A stretch of 64,000 nt of DNA from an uncultured Actinomycetota bacterium (lineage in GTDB: Bacteria; Actinomycetota; Coriobacteriia; Anaerosomatales; JAGXFU01), in the NCBI GenBank assembly GCA_963790405.1, contig CAWBOJ010000007.1, positions 35,158-99,157 of the forward strand. Direction: 5' to 3'. The translations under genes and the position numbers were made by a program. The notes under the pieces are model-generated. The model made no database searches. It was not told where the DNA came from and saw nothing but the letters and a program-made list of their open reading frames with translations. Shown here piece by piece: positions 10,982 to 20,645 of this stretch; the first letter of the stretch is position 1; every line of letters begins with the position of its first letter.

Positions 10982-11524
10982 TCAGGTCACGTGAATGAGC
11001 GACACGATCTCCACGTCACCGAGCTTCGAGCGCCCGCCGAGAAAGTCCAGCTCGATCAGGAATGCGAACCCTGCCAACGTAGCTCCCGTCGATGTTGCGA
11101 GCATCGCCTTGGCCGCAGCCGTACCACCGGTCGCGAGCACATCATCGACGATGAGCACTACGTCATCCGGAGTGATCGCATCGAGATGCATCTCGAGCGT
11201 GTCCGTACCGTACTCGAGCTCATACTCGGCTTTCGTGGTCTCCCAGGGCAGCTTCCCCGGCTTCCGCGCAGGTATGAAGCCCGCACCCAGCTTGTAGGCC
11301 AGAGCGCCCCCGAAGATGAAGCCGCGAGCCTCGGCACCAAGGACCTTCGTGACACCCGCGTCCGCATACTCCGAGGCAATCGTGTCGATGGCCGCTCGGA
11401 ACCCATCGGGATTGGCAAGAAGCGGCGTGATGTCTTTGAAGATAACCCCTGCCTGCGGAAAGTCAGGGATGTCGCGTATCAGGCTGCTGAGATCCACACG
11501 TTCCTCCTCTGTCGGTAGCGACAC
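10982..11524 (-). CDS. apt: Adenine phosphoribosyltransferase.
   Basis: ..IRDIPDFPQAGVIFKDITPLLANPDGF..VLGAEARGFIFGGALAYKLGAGFIPARKPGKLP..VVLIVDDVLATGGTA. The start is uncertain because the ORF stays open to 11551. Confidence 0.9.
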   Translation of the reverse strand: MSLPTEEERVDLSSLIRDIPDFPQAGVIFKDITPLLANPDGFRAAIDTIASEYADAGVTKVLGAEARGFIFGGALAYKLGAGFIPARKPGKLPWETTKAEYELEYGTDTLEMHLDAITPDDVVLIVDDVLATGGTAAAKAMLATSTGATLAGFAFLIELDFLGGRSKLGDVEIVSLIHVT

Positions 11525-11540
11525 ATAGCGTACCCGTTTG

Positions 11541-12532
11541 TCACATCGCACGCATCAGCGAATCGATCTGCGAGGACGTACCCAAGACGACGAGACGATC
11601 GCCGGCCCGCATGACCGTGTCTGCCGAAGGATTCGTGTTGACGACACCATCCTCACCCTTGACCGCGAGAATGTAGGCGCCCGTGACATCTCTGACATGC
11701 GCCTTCTTGATCGACGTACCGTCGAAGCGCGAGCCCGCGGCCACCTCTATCTCCTGGAGCCTGAACTCCACGCTGTCTCCGTGCGTGACCAAATCCAGAT
11801 AGTCCGATACCACCGGATGAAGCACCATCGAAGCCATCCGGCGACCACCGATAACTGTCGGCGTCATCACCCGATTCGCACCGGCCTTGCGCAACTTCGA
11901 CTCGCTGGACTCGCTCGACGATCGGGCCACGATGAAGATCGAAGAACTGATGACTCCGCGCCGAGAAGGTCACGAACAGGTTGTCAGCGTCACCGTCCAA
12001 AGCAGTAATGAGGCTTCGTGCACGCTCGATCCCGGCGGCCATCAGCGCAGACTCGTCGGTAGCATCTCCTTCAACGACCAGCCAGCCCTCTTCGCGCGCG
12101 CGGGAGGAGGATTCCTCGTCTTGGTCAATCACCACGAAAGGAGCGTGCTCGTCGGCCAGAGCCCGCGCGACGACCGAACCGACCCGTCCCCATCCCGGCG
12201 ATGATGTGATGGTCGGTGAGTTTCTCGATCTCGGACTGCATGCGACGGACCTCCAGTAGTCCTCGAAGATGACCTTCGACGATGAATTCAATGAAGGTAC
12301 CAAGCGCAAACAGGACTGCGCCAAAGCCCGACGAGAATCAATCCCATCGTGAACCAGCGGCCCATCTCGCTCAATGGGTTGACCTCGGCAAAGCCGACTG
12401 TCCCGACCGTGATAACGGTCATGTACAAGGCAGTCAGCCAGGCTCCATCCCTCAATGAAGACATAGCCCAGCGTTCCGAACACGAGGACGAGCCCGAGCA
12501 CGAGGGCCGCAAGTGCGACGCGTCCGCTTCAC
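11541..12532 (-). pseudogene. K+ channel with RCK/TrkA-N and TrkA-C domains, with at least 5 frame changes.
   Basis: Pore region ALYMTVITVGTVGFAEV (ORF 12288..12599). Rossmann IIAG-GRVGSVVARALADEHAPFVVIDQDEE (ORF 11653..12501). TrkA-C ..EFRLQEIEVAAGSRFDGTSIKKAHVRDVTGAYILAVKGEDG (ORF 11541..11930). Confidence 0.75.
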
Positions 12533-13079
12533 AGCGCGAGAGCCTCCTCACGCAGCTCGGCGACGTACGGCAGGTTCCGGTACAACCCACGGTGGTCAAG
12601 CCCGTACCCCACCACGAACCGGTCCGGTATGTCGATACCCCGATACGTGATGGGAAGATCGACGATCCGCCTGACGTCTTTGTCCAGCAGAGTACAGACC
12701 TCGAGACTAGCCGGGTTGCGATTGCGCAGATTGCGCAGGATGTAGTTCAGCGTAAGACCCGTGTCGATGATGTCCTCGACGACGATCACGTTCGCGCCAT
12801 CGATCGGATCGTCAAGGTCCTTAGTGATGCGCACAGTACCCGGCGCACCTCCCACGTATGAGGAGATGGCCATGAAGTCCACGGTGAGCGGCAAGCTGAA
12901 TCGCGCGGCACAGATCGGCAAGAAATATCAGGCCGCCCTTGCAGTACCGTGACCAGTGTTAGGTCGGAGTCAGCGTGATCCTCTGCTATCGCGTGACCCA
13001 GTGCTGCCACGCATGAGGCAATCTCGTCTGCAGAGACAACCACTCTTCCCACTACATCCGAAGGAGCGAACGGGTCCAT
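12529..13079 (-). pseudogene. hpt: Hypoxanthine phosphoribosyltransferase, frameshifted near 12900-12950.
   Basis: The N-terminus MDPFAPSDVVGRVVVSADEIASCVAALGHAIAEDH lies in ORF 12786..13085. The C-terminus ..ANVIVVEDIIDTGLTLNYILRNL..RFVVGYGLDHRGLYRNLPYV lies in ORF 12529..12921. Confidence 0.85.
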
Positions 13080-13081
13080 CC

Positions 13082-13504
13082 TCACACGTCCTGTTCGTCT
13101 GCGGCAGCCGTAATGCCGCCCCCCTCGGCGTGCTCTTGCTCCTGAACGCGCACGCCATACTTGAACAGTAGATTCCTGAAATCCTTCTGGTAGAAGATCT
13201 TGATGTTGATGTCAGGGTACAGCTCGCGCAGACGACGGACCTTGCGGTTCTTCTTCGTCACAAGTTTCTGACTCATGGTCGTCAACTCGATGTAGAGGTC
13301 GGATTCCGGCAGGTAGAAATCCGGCGAGAACGAGGCGACGACGTTGCCCTGACCATCCCATTCGATGGGAAAGGTGGTCGGCTCGTATTCCCACGCAATG
13401 TGATAGAAGTCGAGAATCTCGGCCGCAATGCGTTCGCTCGGATGGGCGAATGCTATGTCACCAAGCGCAGGCTTGTCGCCGGACTGTTCTTCGGGTCGTG
13501 TCAT
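13082..13504 (-). CDS. Conserved hypothetical protein with a possible PD-(D/E)XK nuclease-like core.
   Basis: Intact 140-aa ORF packed tightly between the MerR gene and hpt. The segment FSPDFYLPESDLYIELTTMSQKLVTKKNRK resembles a D..E-x-K-type motif. This is pattern-based only. Confidence 0.55.
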   Translation of the reverse strand: MTRPEEQSGDKPALGDIAFAHPSERIAAEILDFYHIAWEYEPTTFPIEWDGQGNVVASFSPDFYLPESDLYIELTTMSQKLVTKKNRKVRRLRELYPDINIKIFYQKDFRNLLFKYGVRVQEQEHAEGGGITAAADEQDV

Positions 13505-13510
13505 CTTCTC

Positions 13511-14209
13511 CTACACGACATCTTCGAACACGCGCCCGAGCGAACGCTTCAACAGATGCCCGGTTAGCTCTCGAGTCAATCCAGACAGCTCACCAAGCGT
13601 CTCGACGAGCTTCTGGCGCGTCTCCGGCGTCCGATGTCTGAAAGTAGGCATGAGAATCTGCGAGAAGAACGTCGCCTCCCGCTCCGCGAATGTCTCATAC
13701 ATCCGAAGATGACGGGGCTCGACGCCGAATCGGCGCATGTCCCAACATACGTGAGCGATCTGCACGTCGGTCTGAGAGATCTCTGGACCGTGTTCCCCGT
13801 CGAGCACTTCAATCAGATTGAACTCGGCCAATTCCTCGATGAACGACTTCGGCAAGCCCAGCGTCGACGGGACATCTTCGACGCGCACGGTCTCGGCCTG
13901 ATCGAGAGGAAGTGCAACCGCATTCGAAGGTCCGGCTGTCTTGAGCTCCGGCGGGACCTTGCCCTTGTCATAGTCAGCAAGCTTGTCGCGAATGACTGCC
14001 AGAGGCAGAAAATTCTCTCGCTGCAATTTCAGAATCAGATCGATACGCGTCACGTCGGCCTGGTGGAACTTACGATAGCCGCCCGCCGTCCGCTCCGGAA
14101 CAATCAGTCCCTCTTCTTCGAGGAAGCGTACCTTCGAAATCGAGAGATCTGGGTGCGCTTCTGCAAGCCGCTCCACCACCTCGCCGATCGTCATATAGTC
14201 GCGCGCCAT
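13511..14209 (-). CDS. MerR-family transcriptional regulator (FtsR / Rv1828-like).
   Basis: MARDYMTIGEVVERLAEAHPDLSISKVRFLEEEGLIVPERTAGGYRKFHQADVTRIDLILKLQRENFLPLAVIR is a MerR-type HTH. It sits next to an FHA gene, as in other actinobacteria. Confidence 0.85.
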   Translation of the reverse strand: MARDYMTIGEVVERLAEAHPDLSISKVRFLEEEGLIVPERTAGGYRKFHQADVTRIDLILKLQRENFLPLAVIRDKLADYDKGKVPPELKTAGPSNAVALPLDQAETVRVEDVPSTLGLPKSFIEELAEFNLIEVLDGEHGPEISQTDVQIAHVCWDMRRFGVEPRHLRMYETFAEREATFFSQILMPTFRHRTPETRQKLVETLGELSGLTRELTGHLLKRSLGRVFEDVV

Positions 14210-14214
14210 CCGGG

Positions 14215-14664
14215 TCACGTCCCCTTGGGACCGGCGAGAAAGACCATCTGGAACAGGCCTATCTGCAGCGTATCCCCGCTTCTGAGCTGGGCTTTGTCTA
14301 CACACACACCGTTGACATAGGTGCCGTTAAGCGAGCCGACATCCTCAACTTCCACCAGATCCCCCGTCTTGCTCACTACCGCATGACGTCGCGACACAGT
14401 CACATCATTCAGGAAGATGTCCGCTTGTGGATCGCGGCCAAGAATCAACCGGCCTCGGTCAACGTAGAATCGCTCTCCGAGTTCAGGACCCTTCCGCACT
14501 ACGAGGACTGGACCCTCGGCATTCCCGAATTCGGCAATTGCTTCAGCGCCTTCGACCCCAACGGGAGTGAACGACTCTGTGGACCCTTCTAGTCTGCGTC
14601 CGCACTCGGGACACGAGGCGACTCCACCCTCGACGGCAGCGCCGCACCCGGGACAGTTGGTCAT
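14215..14664 (-). CDS. FHA-domain protein with an N-terminal zinc ribbon (GarA/OdhI-like position).
   Basis: MTNCPGCGAAVEGGVASCPECG, then an FHA core: LILGRDPQADIFLNDVTVSRRHAVV..VEDVGSLNGTYVNG. Confidence 0.85.
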   Translation of the reverse strand: MTNCPGCGAAVEGGVASCPECGRRLEGSTESFTPVGVEGAEAIAEFGNAEGPVLVVRKGPELGERFYVDRGRLILGRDPQADIFLNDVTVSRRHAVVSKTGDLVEVEDVGSLNGTYVNGVCVDKAQLRSGDTLQIGLFQMVFLAGPKGT

Positions 14665-14696
14665 GTTCACTCCTCTCGCCTCTATCAAGCACGATA

Positions 14697-14957
14697 TCAG
14701 TCGGTGAATCCGAACTCTCGCCGCTCGAATGAACTCGCTATCTGCTCCTCTAGCGCCGAAACCACTTCGGGGTTCGCGAGCACCCTCTCGAGCCGCTCTT
14801 CACTCAGGCGGTTCTTCACGTACGGATCCTTGAGGGTTTCTGTCAACTTGCGGCCGTTGTGAACTTCACGGATCACATATTCGACCACTCGCTCCTCAAC
14901 CGCATCTGTCGCCATCTCGTTGAGGAAGTCGTGCAGCTTGTCTGAAATCGACGCCAC
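14697..14957 (-). CDS. Hypothetical protein (86 aa).
   Basis: Intact ORF in an operon-like position between the RsiG-like and FHA genes. Charged and helical, with no recognisable motif. Confidence 0.5.
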   Translation of the reverse strand: MASISDKLHDFLNEMATDAVEERVVEYVIREVHNGRKLTETLKDPYVKNRLSEERLERVLANPEVVSALEEQIASSFERREFGFTD

Positions 14958-14992
14958 GTGGGCCTCCTTGTCAGGTACGTGCTTCGCGCACG

Positions 14993-15301
14993 CTAGTCTT
15001 CTTTGTCGGTGTCGTCTTCAGCCACATCAACCGCGGGAACACCGCGGAGGTCGGACGCAAGGATGCCGATCAGCTTCTCCAGATCGGCTCCCGAGATGAC
15101 ATCTTTGCCAGCCTCCCGATCCGCCTTCAACCGTCGGACCAACTCGGATCGCAAGATATCGATCCTACCGTGCAGCACTCGGCGGCGATACGAAATGCGC
15201 TGCTCCTCTTCATGCAGTTCATTGAGGAGTTCTCGCAGCTCGTCGTTCGTCCGATTCTCGAGGTCAAGCAGGGCCTCGTCGAAGCGATCTTGCTCGCTCA
15301 T
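14993..15301 (-). CDS. RsiG-like single-motif helical protein (putative c-di-GMP-dependent anti-sigma-type protein).
   Basis: The second ATG (15301) has GGAGTGGAGGAG 4 nt upstream. NDELRELLNELHEEEQRISYRRRVLHGRIDILRSELVRR contains E33-x3-S37-x2-R40-x3-H44-x3-D48. The published RsiG motif is E-x3-S-x2-R-x3-Q-x3-D. Confidence 0.5.
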   Translation of the reverse strand: MSEQDRFDEALLDLENRTNDELRELLNELHEEEQRISYRRRVLHGRIDILRSELVRRLKADREAGKDVISGADLEKLIGILASDLRGVPAVDVAEDDTDKED

Positions 15302-15346
15302 GGCTCCTCCACTCCGTGGGGCTGACATACGTGAGAGCCTGCGAAG

Positions 15347-15355
15347 ATTGTATCA
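15347..15355 (-). promoter_or_regulatory. Possible extended -10 element (TGATACAAT) for the RsiG-like/FHA/MerR operon.
   Basis: The minus strand reads gctcTGaTACAATcttcg about 45 nt upstream of the 15301 ATG, inside the 95-nt gap after the lipoate ligase gene. Confidence 0.25.
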
Positions 15356-15423
15356 GAGCACACCCCAACCAAGGGCCCTCGACCTATACTATATGTCCAC
15401 GTTGTGACATGCGTTCATATGTC

Positions 15424-16194
15424 TCACAGAACCTGCAGGTCACCAACGAGAGTCCGAGCCTCGCACAACTCCGATTCCTCGACTGCTCGCGGTTCGACCG
15501 ACACACCGAATCCTCTCGAGCATGCCTCGACAACCGCCCGCCCTATCTCCTCGAAGTCAGGGGTAGTCCCGAGCACGTCTTCCAGCGTCGTCGTCGTTGC
15601 CGTCAACTCCGCCGCAGAGGCTTCATCCAGGCCGAACACCGCTGCTTCTCGAACGAGATCTCGCGATCGGACGAATGATCCGTGCTGAAGACAGGTATGG
15701 TCGTGCCAGATCTGTGCGCTGCCGGACAACTTCGCCGTCTCGAGGGACAAGTCGGCGTGAGTTGCGTGCAAGTAGCACGAAGGGGAATTCCTTGAGCCGC
15801 GTGGCCTGTCGGTCAATTCGGCTGGCACACCGAGACTGCGGTATGCCTCCGCGAGCACGCCACACAGAACCTGATAGCTCGCCGAGACCCCGCGGGGCAG
15901 GCCGTCGCGCTCGCCCAGGATCATCGAGTACGTAAGCTCATCGTCATGCAGCACGCCACGACCACCAGTGAATCTCCGAACCACGTCCACGCCCGCTCGC
16001 TCGCACGCCGCAAGATCGACGCCATCGACCTCCTGGAAACGACCCAGGGTTACGGTCGGACGCTTCCACCGATAGAGTCGAAGCGTAGGTGGCACCTCGC
16101 CACGCGCGTGAGCCAGCTGGATCGCACGATCCATAGCCATGTTCCACGCAGCATCTTGAGGGCCGTCGTCAAGCAGACGCCAGACACGGGTCAC
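15424..16194 (-). CDS. Lipoate-protein ligase family protein (LplA/LipB fold).
   Basis: ..[58 protein letters not shown]. The GTG start overlaps the gcvPB stop. Confidence 0.85.
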   Translation of the reverse strand: MTRVWRLLDDGPQDAAWNMAMDRAIQLAHARGEVPPTLRLYRWKRPTVTLGRFQEVDGVDLAACERAGVDVVRRFTGGRGVLHDDELTYSMILGERDGLPRGVSASYQVLCGVLAEAYRSLGVPAELTDRPRGSRNSPSCYLHATHADLSLETAKLSGSAQIWHDHTCLQHGSFVRSRDLVREAAVFGLDEASAAELTATTTTLEDVLGTTPDFEEIGRAVVEACSRGFGVSVEPRAVEESELCEARTLVGDLQVL

Positions 16195-17700
16195 GGCGAA
16201 GCTTCCTCGGCAGGTATCCATCGCAGCACCGGTGTGCGCGCAGCCCGCGCCTCATCGAGCCGGCGAACCGGAGTCGTGAACGGAGCCTCGTGCAGAGACT
16301 CGGGACACGCGGCTGCCTCTTCGGCGATCGCAAGCATCGCATCAGCGAAAGCATCCATCGCTTCGAGAGGCTCGGTCTCCGTCGGTTCGATCATCAGCGC
16401 TTCGTCCACGAGCAGCGGGAAGTAGATGGTAGGTGGGTGGAAGCCGTAATCCAGCAACCGCTTCGCGATGTCGAGCGTCCGAACGCCGTGCTCGCGCTTC
16501 AACCCGGCTCCCGACAAGACGAATTCGTGCATGCAGATGCGGTCGTACGGCAGATCGAACGCCCCTGACAGCCGCGACTTCAGGTAGTTCGCAGACAGTA
16601 CGGCTTGCTCGGCCACCTCCGTCAGCCCCTCCCCGCCAAGCGCGCGCACGTACGCATACGCACGCACCAGAACGCCGAAGTTGCCGAGAAACCCGCGCAT
16701 GCGGCCGATCGATTCGGCCGGCATCGCCGTGTCGAACGACCCGTCGTCCAGCCGAACGGCCACCGGCCCGGGCAGATACTTCGCTAGCTCGGCACTCACA
16801 CACACGGGGCCAGAACCGGGCCCTCCCCCGCCGTGCGGTGTCGAGAAAGTCTTGTGCAGGTTGATGTGCAGCGCATCGAATCCGCTATCCCCCGGACGTG
16901 CCTTCCCCAGAACCGCGTTCATATTCGCGCCGTCACAGTATGCATACGCGCCGACAGCGTGTACGGCATGCGTGATCTCGAGAATCTGCGGATCGAATAG
17001 TCCCAGGGTGTTCGGGTTCGTCAGCATGAGTGCCGCGACGTCCGAATCCAGCGCCGCCTTCAACGCCGCAACGTCTACCAGGCCGCGGTCGTCGCTCGGA
17101 ATCGTCACCGTCGTGTACCCGCACATCTTCACACTCGCCGGATTCGTGCCGTGGGCGGTATCCGGAATGATCGACTTTGCGCCGCGCATCGCCCCTCGCG
17201 ACATGCGCCGCCCTGAAACACATCAGCGCGGTCAGCTCGCCGTGCGCACCCGCCGCCGGTTGCAGCGTCACTCCAGGCAAACCCGAGATCTCGGCCAGTG
17301 CATCTTGGAGGCCAACCATCAAGTCCAACGCACCCTGGACCGTCTGTACCGGCTGATATGGATGCAGCCCCGCGAATCCCTCGAGTCTGCATGCATCCTC
17401 GTTCACACGTGGGTTGTACTTCATCGTGCACGACCCCAAGGGATACAGACCCGAGTCAACCCCGAAGTTCATGTCGGCCAGATGAGCGTAGTGCCGCATG
17501 ATGTCGAGTTCGGTCACGTGTGGAAGAAGCGGAGCAGACGTGCGCACCGCACCTCCGAGTGCCTCGGCAAGATCCACCGCGGGTACATCGCCCGCCGGTG
17601 CGGCGATACACGTGGACTCAGGGGCGCCGATCTCGAAGATCAAACTCCGCGGCCCGCGAACAGGAGCCCCCGGTGGCGTGTGGGCAAGCCGCTCTGTCAC
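16191..17700 (-). pseudogene. gcvPB: Glycine dehydrogenase (aminomethyl-transferring) subunit 2, with one frame change near 17210.
   Basis: The N-terminal half is in ORF 16933..17700 (..GLYPLGSCTMKYNPRVNE..GVTLQPAAGAHGELTAL). The C-terminal half is in ORF 16191..17204 (..[20 protein letters not shown]..). Confidence 0.9.
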
Positions 17701-19037
17701 AGCTTCTCCACCTCATCCACAAACGCGTCAATCTCCTCGCGTGTCCGCTTCTCTGTGACCGCGAACAACACGCGAGCAGATACGTCCGTCCTCTCGACCG
17801 GCTCTACGACAACCCCAGCGAGATACCCGCGATCCAGCATCGCAGCATGCATCGCTTTGGCATCACCGTCGTAGTCGAGCGCGAACTCGTAGCCGTACGG
17901 AGTGTCCCAAGGCATGCTGAACCGGCCCGTCGCGACCAGGCGGTCGTGAAGGTAGTGCGCCTTGCTCACGCACGCCCGAGCGATTCCGGCCAGACCTTCT
18001 CGGCCCACTGCCGACAGATACACCGCCGCCGCAAGCGCATTGAGGGCGTGATTGCTGCAGATGTTACTCGTGGCCTTCTCGCGCCGGATGTGTTGTTCGC
18101 GCGTCGTCAGCGTCAGCACGAACGCATCGTTGCCGTCCACGTCGACCGTGCGGCCCACGACCCGCCCGGGAATCTGCCTCACGTGCGCCATCCGACACGT
18201 GAAGACGCCGAGCCCGGGTCCCCCGAAGCTCATGGGATTGCCCAAGGGCTGTCCCTCGGCCACCACGATGTCCGCGCCGCAGGAACCCGGAGGTTCCATG
18301 ACGCCGAGGAGTATCGGGTTGGTGGCAACCACGCACAGCGCCCCAACACCATGCGCCAGCTCCGCTGCTGCCTCGGCGTCCCCCACAGCACCCCAGTAGT
18401 CAGGGCTCGCGGTCAGAAGCGCCGCCGTATCGTTGTCGACGCACGCAGACCACTCGGCGGGCGTGCTTGGTGCGTTCGCGGTGCCCGCAGTGACGATCTC
18501 GAACAGACCCGACGCCGCATACGTCCGCAAGGTCTCCAGCCACTCGGGGTGCACGGACGCCGAACACACCACCTTGGAACGCTTGGTGACGCGACATGCC
18601 ATGAGAGCAGCTTCCACAAAGGCCGTGGCTCCGTCGTACATGCTCGCGTTGGCCACTTCCATGCCCGTGAGCTCGCACATCATCGTCTGGTATTCGAACA
18701 TCGCCTGCAGTGTGCCTTGCGAGACTTCCGGCTGGTAGGGCGTATAGGCGGTGAAGAACTCCGGGCGCCGCAACACGTGGTCGACGACGCTCGGAATGTA
18801 GTGGTCATAGCAGCCCGCACCCGCGAAACTCACCAGCGACGACGCCGGTCGATTCCGAGTCGCGAGCGCATGCATGTGCGCCGTCAGCTCGATCTCGGAC
18901 AGACCCCCGCCCAGCGCGAGCGGTCGCTTGAGCCGGGCTTGCTCCGGTATATCGGCAAACAACTCGTCGATCCCGGAAACGCCGACAGCGCGAAGCATGG
19001 CTTCGCGCTGTTCGCACGTGATCGGTATGTGGCGCAT
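17697..19037 (-). CDS. gcvPA: Glycine dehydrogenase (aminomethyl-transferring) subunit 1.
   Basis: Intact 446-aa ORF: MRHIPITCEQREAMLRAVGVSGIDELFADIPEQ.., ..YTPYQPEVSQGTLQAMFEYQTMM. Confidence 0.92.
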   Translation of the reverse strand: MRHIPITCEQREAMLRAVGVSGIDELFADIPEQARLKRPLALGGGLSEIELTAHMHALATRNRPASSLVSFAGAGCYDHYIPSVVDHVLRRPEFFTAYTPYQPEVSQGTLQAMFEYQTMMCELTGMEVANASMYDGATAFVEAALMACRVTKRSKVVCSASVHPEWLETLRTYAASGLFEIVTAGTANAPSTPAEWSACVDNDTAALLTASPDYWGAVGDAEAAAELAHGVGALCVVATNPILLGVMEPPGSCGADIVVAEGQPLGNPMSFGGPGLGVFTCRMAHVRQIPGRVVGRTVDVDGNDAFVLTLTTREQHIRREKATSNICSNHALNALAAAVYLSAVGREGLAGIARACVSKAHYLHDRLVATGRFSMPWDTPYGYEFALDYDGDAKAMHAAMLDRGYLAGVVVEPVERTDVSARVLFAVTEKRTREEIDAFVDEVEKL

Positions 19038-19048
19038 CGTCTGTTTGT

Positions 19049-19426
19049 CTACTCGGTTACGAACGCCTCGTAGTCATCAGCCGACATCAAAGCGTCGACC
19101 TCCGACGGGTCCGACATCTTGATCTTGACCATCCAGCCCTCGCCATACGGATCGGTGTTGACTACCTCAGGCGCGTCCTCAAGAGACTCATTGACGCCTA
19201 CGACCTCACCTGTGACCGGCGCATAGAGCTCAGATACCGACTTCACGGACTCAATCTCGCCGAACGTCTCATCAGCAGCTACAGCGTCACCCTCGGAGGG
19301 CAGATCGACGTACACTACTTCGCCTAGCTGGTCCTGCGCGAAGTGCGAAATCCCCACTATTGCAACGTCGTCCTCAACGCGAACCCACTCATGCTCCTTG
19401 TGATACTTCAATTCGCTGGGATACAT
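19049..19426 (-). CDS. gcvH: Glycine cleavage system H protein.
   Basis: 125 aa with YHKEHEWVRVE.. and the lipoyl-lysine context GEIESVKSVSELYAPVTGEV. Confidence 0.95.
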   Translation of the reverse strand: MYPSELKYHKEHEWVRVEDDVAIVGISHFAQDQLGEVVYVDLPSEGDAVAADETFGEIESVKSVSELYAPVTGEVVGVNESLEDAPEVVNTDPYGEGWMVKIKMSDPSEVDALMSADDYEAFVTE

Positions 19427-19443
19427 GCTTCCGAGCGCTCCTT

Positions 19444-20607
19444 TCAGGCCCTGTGGGCCGACAGGGACGTGTCCTTCACGAACGGCGGCTTGACCACCTT
19501 CGCCGACACGGTCTTCTTGCGGATCGTCACTTCCAAGTCCGTACCCGGTTGCGCCAGGTCCGTCGGAACATACGCAGTCGCAATACCATGCTGAAGTGTC
19601 GGCGAGAACGTGCCGCTTGCCACCTTACCCACCTCGGTGCCGTCGTGCAACACGGCATGTCCGGGCCGAGGAATGCCCGCCTCGAGCGCAAGCCCCACCA
19701 GACGACGCGTCGGCCCCTCCTCACGCACCCGCAAGATGGCTTCTTTGCCGGTGAAGTGATCCTTGGCAAGATCTACAATCCAGCCCAGTCCTGCAGAGAC
19801 AGGATCGACTCCGCGGTCCATTTCCGCCCCGTGAAGCGCATATCCCATCTCAAGACGAAGGGTATCCCGAGCACCAAGACCACACGGGGTGACCTCGGGA
19901 AATGACAGAATCGCGCGCCACAGCTGTGTCACCAAAGAAGAGTGCGTCATGAGTTCCACGCCATCCTCTCCCGTGTAGCCCGTGCGCGACACGAGCACGG
20001 GTACCGTGTCCAGGACGGCCTCGGCTATTCCGAAGCGTGGAGGAAGTTCGAATCCCGCACCGGCAAGTTCCATGACAACATCGATTGCGCGGGGGCCCTG
20101 CAATGCGATGAGTGCGGTGCGTTCGGATTCGTCGACGAGCTCGACAATCCCATCACCGGGGCATGCTTCTGAGCGCACACCCTCGGCAACCGTCACCCCG
20201 CTCGGACATCGATCCTTCATCCAATCCAGATCGGTCTGGCGGTTGGCCGCATTCGCGATGATCAAGTACTCAAGATCGCCCGTGTGATACACGATCAGAT
20301 CGTCGATGATGCCTCCGTCGTCATCACACAGCAAGGTGTACTGAGCCGAACCCAGATCGGCAAGCTTACCCAGATCATTCGTGAGCAACGACTGCAGGAA
20401 CTCAAAGGAGCCGAATCCGAACACGCGGAACTCCGCCATGTGACAGATGTCGAATACTCCTGCCGAGAAGCGAACGGCCTTGTGTTCCTCGATAATCCCC
20501 GTGTATTGGACCGGCATCTCATAGCCGGCGAAGGGCACCATACGTCCACCAAGCGCAAGATGCTCCTCGTACAACGGTGTCCGCTTCAGGCTCGAGTTCA
20601 TTGGCAA
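19444..20607 (-). CDS. gcvT: Glycine cleavage system aminomethyltransferase T.
   Basis: Intact 387-aa ORF: KRTPLYEEHLALGGRMVPFAGYEMPVQYTGIIEEHKAVR.., ..SRTGYTGEDG. Confidence 0.93.
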   Translation of the reverse strand: MPMNSSLKRTPLYEEHLALGGRMVPFAGYEMPVQYTGIIEEHKAVRFSAGVFDICHMAEFRVFGFGSFEFLQSLLTNDLGKLADLGSAQYTLLCDDDGGIIDDLIVYHTGDLEYLIIANAANRQTDLDWMKDRCPSGVTVAEGVRSEACPGDGIVELVDESERTALIALQGPRAIDVVMELAGAGFELPPRFGIAEAVLDTVPVLVSRTGYTGEDGVELMTHSSLVTQLWRAILSFPEVTPCGLGARDTLRLEMGYALHGAEMDRGVDPVSAGLGWIVDLAKDHFTGKEAILRVREEGPTRRLVGLALEAGIPRPGHAVLHDGTEVGKVASGTFSPTLQHGIATAYVPTDLAQPGTDLEVTIRKKTVSAKVVKPPFVKDTSLSAHRA

Positions 20608-20645
20608 AGCTCCTCTGTCTCATCTATGCATTCACGGTCACCAGA

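Noticed and set aside
20608-20645. Expected a glycine riboswitch upstream of gcvT.
   Set aside because: Only 38 nt separate the gcvT start from the stop of the upstream carboxypeptidase gene. That is far too short for a glycine riboswitch, and no conserved riboswitch-like core is visible.
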